DNA of 64,000 nucleotides from Antechinus flavipes (taxonomy: Eukaryota): NCBI RefSeq assembly GCF_016432865.1, contig NC_067398.1, positions 343,108,001 to 343,172,000 of the forward strand, in the 5' to 3' direction. The number at the start of each line of letters is the position of its first letter. Position 1 is the first letter of the stretch. Shown here one piece after another: positions 37,301 to 47,944 of this stretch. The notes under the pieces were generated by a model. That model did not search any database, was not told the DNA's origin, and saw only the letters and a program-made list of their open reading frames with translations. The position numbers and the translations under genes are program-made.

Positions 37301-40300
37301 TAGATGTTGTAGCCAAAATTCTTTCTTAAGTGGAGGTTGACTTAGATCACCTACTGGCCTTTTCAGTTCAGAGATAATAGGAACTGCCATGTTCATTTAT
37401 TCAGTGCTACCATTTACATTTCAGATGAAGATGATGTACATAAGTGTGGCCGTTGCCAGTCTGAGTTCACCACTCTGGAAGACTTTGTGCAACACAAAAT
37501 ACAGAAGGCATGTCAGCGCACACCCCAGGAAGCTACAACAGCAACAGCAGCAGCCCTGCTTGGCCAGGAGGTGAGGACATTTCCCTGGTGGGATCTCTAG
37601 GGGCTATACCCTACCTTGGGGAGCTTAAAGGGCTAACAATAACATACTTCCCTGTAACTCTGTCTCTCTTCCATGGAGGTAGGCTGCAAAGGCTCTTTAC
37701 TTGCCCTTCCTCCTTAGGTACTTGCCCTTCTTGCATCCAAGTCTGCCTGCTTGGAACTTGTGAAATGGACACAATTTGGTGTTTGGGAATGGGGAGTCAG
37801 TCTATAGCTAGAGAGATGGAAAGATTCGTCCTCTTCTGGCAGTTCTCTCCCTGAATAATGCTTCTCTCAGTTTTCTTTTTAAAGGAAAGTAATTATTATT
37901 TAAAAAAAAAAAAAAAGAAAGAAAGAGTTATCAGAATCTTTCTTTGAGTCTTGTATTTCCTGACTTTTCTCCTCCATGCAATCCTTCTTGTATTACAGCA
38001 GGTGGTCCCATCTGGGGAGGAGTCCATTACAGTGGCTCACATTGTTGTGGAGACATCTTCGCTCTCAGAGGATGTCAGCAATGCTCCGGACATCATTGGT
38101 AAGTGGGGCTCTGGACCATCGGGATGTTGCTGTCTCCAGGATGAGTGAGAATGCACTTTGGCGATGGGAAGAGCTCTGTATTTGGAGTGAGAGGACCCAT
38201 GTTGGAGTTCTGCTTTTCCTATGTACTCTCTCTATACCTCTAAACCTAATAAGCAAGGCAATGAATTTCTCTGGGTCTCAGGTTCTTCAGATGAAAAAGT
38301 GGGGTTGGAGTGATGTTTCTGGGAGCTTTACCAGCTCTAATTCCTAATATCCCATAGTCTTATATCTATCTATATCCTGGAGCTGTGTATTCTAGGAGTA
38401 GCATAAAACTCTTTACCTTGAAAATCTCACTTGCTAGCTGATGCCCGAAATTCCTTTAACAAGGAACAGGACCTTTCATTCCAAAGAGAGAGCTTAACAT
38501 GGAAATTGAAGTTTCCCTAGAGCAGGGTTTCTTAATCTTTTTTCTGAGAAATTTTCATTCAACCACTGTCTTGAATCAGAGCTGAAGTATTTCTGGCCAC
38601 ATTTGTGCATGTACAAAATGCCCGTCTTGTGGGTTCAGAACGAAGCTGCAACTTCACTGCATTTGAATTAATTTTTGGTTGCTGCTTGAAGAAATCTTTT
38701 AGCATTGCCACATTTTTCACAACCTCCCCATTCAGTTATGTCACTGATATGGGGTCATGACTCACAATTTAAGGAGCTTTGTTCTGGAAGATAGAATTTA
38801 GTCATTATTGGTAAATCAACAAGCATTTTTTAAAGAGCAATCCAGGTGCTAGGTGCTGCACTAGGCAATCAATATCTGATTTTGAGGTGCTTATGTTCTC
38901 CTGGGGAAACAGATGTACATATATGGACATTTGCAAAACATATACCAAGTAGATACAAGATTTTTTTTGGAGGGAGGAAGAAGTACCAGCATCTTTGGAG
39001 TTTAGAAAAGATTTCATGTAGAAGTTGGTACTGGAGCTGGGTATAAGAGGAAGCAGGAATCTTAAGAGATTCAAGTAAGGAAGGAATGCCTTCCAGCCAG
39101 GACAATTCACACAGAAGATGAATTGTCTTATATGAAAGACAGCAGAGTCATACTGGTGTATTCATTCAGTAATATACTTTTTTTATATACCTACTTTAAG
39201 ATGTTATGCTAGAAGCTGTTTCAGTGTGTCTAGGACAGGTATCAGAACCTTTTCTGAAAGTAGATTTCAAAAGAGAATACTAAAGATAGAGGCCTAGAGG
39301 AGGGGCAGGGTATGGAGTGGGGAGATTGTGAATTTGGGACTGGACTATGGAGTACCAAAAACAATGTGTACACTGTTGGTGAAAGTCCCCTTTGAACTTC
39401 CACAGTTTGGTAGTCACTTGACTTGCATCCTAAGCATATCTAAGGCAACTGCCACATATTTTCTCTCCCACTCATCTACCCATTTCTTTTCTTATCTACC
39501 CCACTCCGAGTCCATTTTTTTCCCCTCTTATTTTCCTTTTTTCCTTATTGGCCAGTGCCTTAGCTAGTATCCTAGTAACTCTGGGATCTCTTTTACGTAG
39601 AGTTTGCTTAAGATCCTAATCTGAGTAGAAAGAGGATAGAAGTTCATCAGCTACCCAGATTGACATACATGAGGAAGATCTGGGCACAGCATGGTCTAGT
39701 GGAATGGTAGAATTCTATGTGCTCTTAAACAGTTTGCCTCTTATCTTTATCTCAGCCTCAATTTCTTTTTTTTTTTTTTAAATTTTATTTTATTTAATAA
39801 TAACTTTATATTGACAGAATCCATGCCAGGGTAATTTTTTACAACATTATCCCTTGCACTCACTTCTGTTTTGATTTTTCCCCTCCCTCCCTCCACCCCC
39901 TCCCCTAGATGGCAAGCAGTCCTATATATGTTAGATATGTTGCAGTATATCCTAGATACAATATATGTTTGCAGAACCGAACAGTTCTCCTGTTGCACAG
40001 GGAGAATTGGATTCAGAAGGTAAAAATAACTTGGGAAGAAAATCAAAAATGCAAATAGTTCATATTTGTTTCCCAGTGTTCTTTCTTTGGGTGTAGCTGT
40101 TTCTGTCCATCATTTATCCATTGAAACTCAGTTAGATGTCTTTGTCAAAGAAATCCACTTCCATCAGAATACATCCTCATACAATATCGTTGTCGAAGTG
40201 TTTAATGATCTCCTGGTTCTGTTCATTTCACTTAGCATCAGTTCATGTAGGTCTCTCCAAGCCTCTCTGTATTCATCCTGCTGGTCATTCCTTACAGAAC

Positions 40301-43300
40301 AATAATATTCCATAACATTCATATACCATAATTTACTCAGCCATTCTCCAATTGATGGGCATCCATTCATTTTCCAGTTTCTAGCCACTACAAACAAGTC
40401 AGCCTCAATTTCTTTTCTTTCTTCTTCTTCTTTTTTTTTTTTTGGAGCCATTAGAGGTTATGGAGTAGGAGAAGAGTGTGGTCAGATGCACTTTAGGAAG
40501 ATTTTTTTTTAATAATAGCTTTTTTTTTTTTTTAAAGGTTTGTCATACTTCTTCTTCTTCTTCTTTTTTTTTTAAATAACTTGTTATTTACAAGACAAAT
40601 GCATGGGTAATTTTTCAGCATTGACCCTTGCAAAATCTTCTATTCCAACTTTTCCTCTCCTTCTCCCCACCCCCTCCCCTGAATGGCAGGTAGACCAATA
40701 CATGTTAAATATGTTAAAGTATAGGTTAAATACAATATATGTATACATATTTATACACAGTTATCTTGCTGCACAAGAAAAATCGGATTTAGAAATAAGG
40801 TAAAAATAATTTGAGGAGGAAAACAAAAATGCAGGTGTTTAAAACCAGGAGTGTAAATGCTATGTTGTGGTCCATACTCATTTCCCATATTTTTCAAAAT
40901 ACCTGCAAAGATAGTTTTCAACATTCATCCCTACAAAGTCTTGTGTTTCATGTTTTTCTCCCTCCTCACCACCTCTCCCCTCTTTTAGAGAGTAAGTAAT
41001 CCAATATAGGTTAAACATGTGCAATTCTTCTAAACATATTTCCACACTTATCATTCAACCTCAGTTTGTTTCTCTGAAAATTGAAGATAATAATCCTGTC
41101 AAATCCTACCCACCTCATAGGGATATCATTATGAGTAAATGAATTAATGTCAAAATGTTTTGAAAGTTAAAGGAATTGCACAAATATAAGATAATTACTA
41201 CAGTTCAAAGACAGAGAAGGTACTATAGATACATGGAGTGACATGGAGAACTGAATCAAGGAATTGGTTACTGCAAGGGAATTAGTTGGAAGTTAGGATT
41301 ATTCTTTTTTTGTATAAGAAGTCTTCTCAGAGGAGGCTGGTGCTCAATGCATCTTTGAAGGGTAGAAATATAAATGGCTTCTTGAATATGAAGAGAAAGA
41401 TCCTCCTTTGGATGAGATTCTGAGCATACACAGATTTAGGGCAGAAAATGGTGGGAAGAGTTATCTGCCAAAAGCTAAAGTCAATCAGCACATTACAGGT
41501 CTCTGAGGGATTGTGATATAAAATGGAAGGCTTTAAAAAAAGCTGGTTATTTATCAGCCTTTTAATATAACCAGAATGAAGGGGGAGGGGAAGAGGAGAA
41601 GACCTGACTGGGGAAAAGAAAGTGATGGGGCAAATCAGGAGGGGAGGCAGATATATCCAGAAACAGTAGCAGTATACCTTAAGATTAAAAAGTGAATCTC
41701 TTTGACACCTTCTCCACAGTGTTAAGAGTGCCTGTCTTTTACTTTCCTTTAAATTCTTGGAATATTCATACAGTTAAAGAATTTTCATCCATAGGCAGCA
41801 GCACCCCACTATGTAACTCCACAAGGTTAATAATTGGGCTTTTATTTGAGATTCCTGTTTCAGGGAAGGTATTATTTGGAAAACCAGTTCTTTTTGGCCC
41901 ACAGTCAGACGCCCACTCTGTTCTTGAAAGTCTGCTTTGATCCTGCTACTTATGTGGATCACAATGGTGCCAGCCATGTAATTAGGTACACAAGGCACAG
42001 GCTCCCAGCTGTAGCCTTCTCTAGCTCCTTGGCTACCTGGCCCCCATTCCTCATCCTGTTTTTTTTTCTAGTTTCCCATTGTGTTACCCATAGTTTTTCC
42101 TGAATCTTTCCCCTTTTCCCTCTCCTAATTTTCCCTTCCCCCTCTAGATATCCTAAAATACATCAGTGCCCTCCCTGCCCCTGCCCCTCCTTCCAGCTTC
42201 CTGGGCTGGCCTGACAGGCTTGGCTGGTTAAATCTCACCACTAATGAGTCCAGGGCTGTGACCCAGTTAACATCACATGAGAAAACATATTCCCTGCTCA
42301 TCAGTTGTCTCAGAAATAGGTGCATTTGATGTACAATATATTTCTTAATAATGATAATAATGGGATTATATTTCTTAATGAGAGGCAGCGTAGCATATTG
42401 GCTAAATAGCTGATTTAAAAATCTGGAAGGCATAGGTTGTAACTATTGATATATACTGACTTTGTGACCCTGTATTTTCTTAGTTCTCAGGCATATCTCT
42501 TAAGGCAGGGATTCTTCTTTTTTTGTGTATCCTGGACCCTTTTCATAGCCTAAGAACCTCAATAAAATGTTTTTAAGTATATAAAATATATATAGGATTA
42601 CAAATGAAACCAATCACAGTCAAATATAGTCAACAAAATATTAAAAGCAACAATTTCAACTATCTCTACTTTGAGACTTTTAAGATGTAGAGAAGGGGCC
42701 AGTCCACAGTAGAAGCAGTCCCCTGCTCTGACAAGCTGGGCACGGGACTGATCAAAAAATTTTATTCCTCACATTAATAAATATTTCTCTAAGACTGTCT
42801 AGAAACTCTGTAAGATCCTGGAATAGGAATATAAGAATTATTTTCCCTAATTTATGAATAAGGAAACTGAGGTATAAAAGGTAAAAATGACTTTGCCCAA
42901 GATCAGATGTCTGGTAAATGTTAGAAGTGGAATTTGAACCCATTCCTTTGGCTCAAAATTTGGCATTCTTTCCACTATATCTTAATGCCTACCTAACATC
43001 TTTACAGTAGTGAAGTGTAAGAGGTAATTTGGAAGCATGTTGTGAATAGCTAAAGAGTTTAACTTTCATTCGTTTTCTCCTTCTGCACAGTTTTTATTTA
43101 AAGAAAGAGAAACAGGAAAAATTGATCACCACAGTAGTAAGATGTGTGCCAGTGAGACAAGCTAATGGAAAGGTCAGGAAAGTAATCATTATATCCACAG
43201 AATGAGATCACCAGCCACCTCTCTTGGAGCAGAGTGAACAGACATCTTTGTTTAGTTCTCAGTGTTTGAGACAAAGATTACATGGGCTTTGTATTTTGGG

Positions 43301-46300
43301 TTCTGTTCTGGGCTTAGCAATTACTGCTGCTGCTAAAAGGTCATAGTAGTGGGGAAGAAAGATGACATACATGTGGTTTTCTAGGCTCTGGGAATCTCTT
43401 CTCACTGGTTCCTTTATCCAGGGATTTGCACTATAAAGTCTGATTCCAGAGCAGGAAAAATTAACTATGTGTTAGTTTGCTGATTGTCTCTAAGATCCAA
43501 TCTCGTATATTTCACAGACATTGTTTTATGAGATTAATTTTTGCTCAGATTTTTTGACAGGGTGTGAAGCTTCAACTTTCTTTCCAGTCTGACTAGCTGA
43601 ATCCTACCAACTCCAAGTTCTCTTATGGCCCAGTCCTGGGCAGTTTCCTTTATGGCCCCTCCTGGATGAAGAATGATAGCACTGTCCCTGATATTTTAAA
43701 ATTCCAGAACCAGAATCAGAACTTGCTTCTTCAAGAAAAGGCAGTGGATCGAGATAGGCCAAATTACTTCTAGCTGTGTCTGTGCTATAGGTTTGTGTGT
43801 CCTGTCCTGAGAAAAATTGGGCCATTTCAGGGCCAGAGGAGGCTTTGTTATTTTAGTTGTCCTGGAGCTCAGCTTTGCTATAATTTGAGGAATTTTTGAC
43901 AGCAGTTTCAGAAGGACAAAGCTTGTGGCTCCTATTAAGTCCAAGATTGAGTAGTCCTATCCTTTAAACTGACTTTTGGAAAGATGGTCCAGTTCTTTCC
44001 TTAGATCTCTATTGACTGCAAATCCTTGGACTGAATGACAGTTCTTGTGTTCCTCCATAAAGATCCAGGAAACATCCAAGGCCATGTGAAATTGAGCCGG
44101 CACCAAGTCCCCTAACAATTTCCCACTTTCCTGCTGTCAGGCATTTTCTTTGGCAAGAATTAAATGTGATGGCAAGATTTTCCTTCCCCAGGCAATGGTC
44201 ATATCAAAGAAGTTATTGTTGCAGCAACAGACCACGTCTTTGAAAACCCCAGTGGGCCTGGGGACAGTGAGGTTGTAGAAGGTCCTGTTAGTCCTGATGA
44301 CACTGAGCAAGATGTTTCCACTGAACTACTGAAGGTGAAACTGCTTGTCAACAAGGAAGGACGCTATGTGTGTGAGCTGTGTCACAAGACTTTTAAAACG
44401 GTGAGCTGGGCTGGCCTGGGACAGAGTCCCTTCATGATATTTGACAGTGGAGCTTTTCTTGTACATTGAGTAGAGGCCAGCCAGAATGGGCTATAGCTGT
44501 TCTGAAACAATGTTCCTTGAAAATGGCCATATTTGCTGCTCACTTTCTTGACTCCAGTCATCCCCTTTTTTTGCCTTCAAGCATTTTTATCCTCATTTCT
44601 CAGTGACTTGTGTTGTTTTTTTGTTTTGTTTGGGGGATGGGCAGTATTCCATTTTACAGACAATCATCCTTCCTCCTTTCTAGGCCAGCATCCTCAAAGC
44701 CCACATGATCACACACAGCAGCAAGAAGGACTATGAGTGTAAGTTATGTGGAACTTCCTTTAGGACCAAGGGTTCTCTCATCCGGCATCACCGGCGGCAC
44801 ACAGGTAAGATGAGAACTGGATTTGTAGTTGCTTGGGTTCCGAACCCTTTGAACAGCATTAGTGGTTCCACTTTCTGTATAGAAATGATTGGGGCAGAGT
44901 TGGGATCCCAGCCTTGTTCTAGTCCAGGATAGTGTTGACTGAAGCTCTGAACAGCCACATTCTAGGTGAGAAGAGCTGCCTCTGTGACTGAATGAATAGT
45001 TCTTGGGTGACTGTTAACTGGGAAAGAAATTTTTTTCCCCTAGGGTTTGTTTTCTGTTAATCATCTTCTCTATAACTATTGGCTCGGTTCTCTCACCAGA
45101 TGAGCGTCCTTACAAGTGCAAGAACTGTGGAAAGAGCTTTAGAGAGTCTGGAGCTCTCACCCGACACCTGAAATCCTTAACTCCCTGTACAGAAAAAATC
45201 CGATTTAACATGAACAAAGAAATAGTTGTCAGCAAAGAAGACATTCCCCCAGGTTTGTAAATTCTCTAAATGAGCCCAGGACATAGTAAGTAGCTGTCCT
45301 CCTACCTAGAAATTTACTGGCCTGCCAGACACAGAAGAACTAATTATGGGTGATTTCATGTTCAGGGGCATCATAACAGGTGACCTCTCAGGTTAGAAAG
45401 AAACCTGCATTGGTCATATGGGATTACAGAATGATGGATCTGTTATTGTCTGTGACCTTGTCATCTTTGGGTTGTTCCTGGAAATAGGAAGGAGCGCAGA
45501 AGCCCCTACCTTGCATTTTGTCAACTCAGTCAATCTTGGGTCGTTTCTTCTTGAATATACCATGGGGAATGATAGTGTTAGGCAGGATAGAGAAGGCAGA
45601 AAGGAAGCACTGACCACAAGAAATCTGAGGTAAAGGGAAGAAGATTCTACCCCTTTAGATACTATTTTCTTTCCCTGTGGGCACCCAGTGGGAGGGTCAA
45701 TGATTTTCTTATGGTTTTGGTTTTTTCCCTTTTGCTTTAAGGAGCCAATGATTCAAACAACGAAACAATCACAGCCATCACAAGTGAATCCATTGAGACA
45801 ACCCCACCAGTAATTCACCTTGTCACTGATGATAAGGGAACTGTCATCCATGAGGTCCACGTCCAGATGCAGGAGCTTCCTGTGGACATGAAAACCTTAG
45901 CTCAGGAAGTAGGTGAAGCTCATGAGTAGATTGGAAAGGGCTTTGTGCTAAATTGGGCTTGATTAGGTTTCTATCTGAATAAAAAGTATTAGATTTTCCT
46001 TCACTGAAGGAGTGAGAATGGTGTCTTCTGCCATTTCACCAGAAGGAAGATGAACAACCTTATCTTGGATATGTTCCTTGGCACTAACCCTTTATGGACA
46101 GGGAAAATCCCACTTGTATTTCTCTGTATTTGGGATAAGTTGAATGCAGTATCTTTATGAACTGGACACATTTACTAACTATTGAGTTCTGGTGGGGGAC
46201 AGCTAGTTCTCTTCTTTTCTGTTCTTGATTCTCCCCAAGAGTTGTGGGATTATGAAGAGTCCTAGTACCAAGAAAAGTTCTGGCCCTTGTTTTAAAGCCT

Positions 46301-47899
46301 AGACTTTGTAGACCCAATCCTTAGAAGAGTCCCATATTTTCTTAATGCTTGTAGAGGGTAGGTGAGCCCTTGATAATCTCAGGGCTACCATGTGAGGGGA
46401 GGAGAAAAGAGGAAGGATAGGCCTCTTCATTGGCGTGAACAGGACTGAGCTCCTTGTGGACCACAATGGATGCTTTTGGAGCTGGTAGAAAACATCATAT
46501 GTCCTATTGAGGGCCAGAGTCAGCTTCTCTTCTTCTTGTCCCCCAGGACTCTTCTCAGGGTAAAATTGACCTCTGTGGGCTTTTCTAGATCAGTACTCAC
46601 ATGATCCCTCTAACAGTAGCCAGAATGTGGATAATCTTTTTTTTTTTTTTAATGATTTTTCTTTGCAGAGTTTAATATTAGGTACTGAATAGCATTTCTT
46701 GATATTCCTTGTTCTCTGTAGACTTCAATCCCTGAAAAGGTACCATCTGAAGGGGAGGTGAGCAGTGAGAATTTGCTGAGACAAGCCATGCAAAATTCGG
46801 GTCTCGTGATTGAGAGAGTTGCAGTAGAAGAGGGGCCCATGCCAGCTGAGCCTTGTGTTGGCACTGCCCAGGAGCCAGGGCCTGAGGGGGTGAGGACAGG
46901 AGAACAGCACTTTGTGGCTGTGGAAGAAGTGCAAACAGTAGGTGCCTATACTGTGCTCCTCTCCAGCTTGGGGATAAACTGGGGAGTGGTGGTGTCTGCC
47001 TTCTGGAGGAGATCTTGGGAAAGCCCCATTAGTATGACTGCTCAGAGGGGCTTACATGCCCTTTACTCCATAACTGTGCAGATCGGGGCTCCTTGTTCCA
47101 GATTGAATTAAAGAGTCCCCTTTATCCTTTTTCATAACGGAACTATCTGCACAAGCATGGCAGAGTGTGTGTGTGCAGATGTCTAGGGCAGAACACTCCC
47201 ATCAGTCAGAAGTATTCTAGGAACTGGAAAGGTGGTAGGGGGCCAGGTGGAAAAGGGCTTTAATGCCAGATGGGATTTTGTATTTGAGCCTGGAGGTGAT
47301 AAGGAGCCATTGGAGTTGGAGTTTATTGACTAGGGATATGAGCAGGAGCAGATGGGGTTTTAAGAGGGATTGCTTGTACAGCAGAGTGGAGAATAAACTG
47401 AGTCATGGTTGTGTTCTGTATGTGTACGTGTATGTTGGGGTAAAGTCGCACTGTGTTTCTGTCTGTATTGTGGGGGCTCAGTGGGGGCTCAGTCTTAGGA
47501 GATAATTGTCTCTCCCTACAGGCGGACCCGGCATCTCAGAGCGGATACACACAGTACTCCTGTCCTCAGTGCGTAGAGGTCTTCAGGTCAGCCCCGGCAC
47601 TGGAGGTGCATGCCAAAGTTCACCTTGGTAGGTCTGGTCTCTGATGCTCTTGTCCATCTTTGTGCCTAGGCCTCCCTCATAGCTGAGAAGGCCTTGGGAA
47701 AGGGAGGGTGCGAGGTAACAGGAGGGGGAAGGAGAAGGGATGTCAGCTTGTAGAGCAGACTTCCCTGGCAAGGGTCAGGAAGGGAGCTCGGCTGTTGCTC
47801 CCAGCCTGACACAAAGTGGCTGTGATCCGAGAGCCCTGTGTCTGTGTGTCAGCCTCATTGCCCATCCCTACTTCTGTCTGTGCTTTGGTACGATGCTGG

Positions 47900-47944
<45 letters not shown>

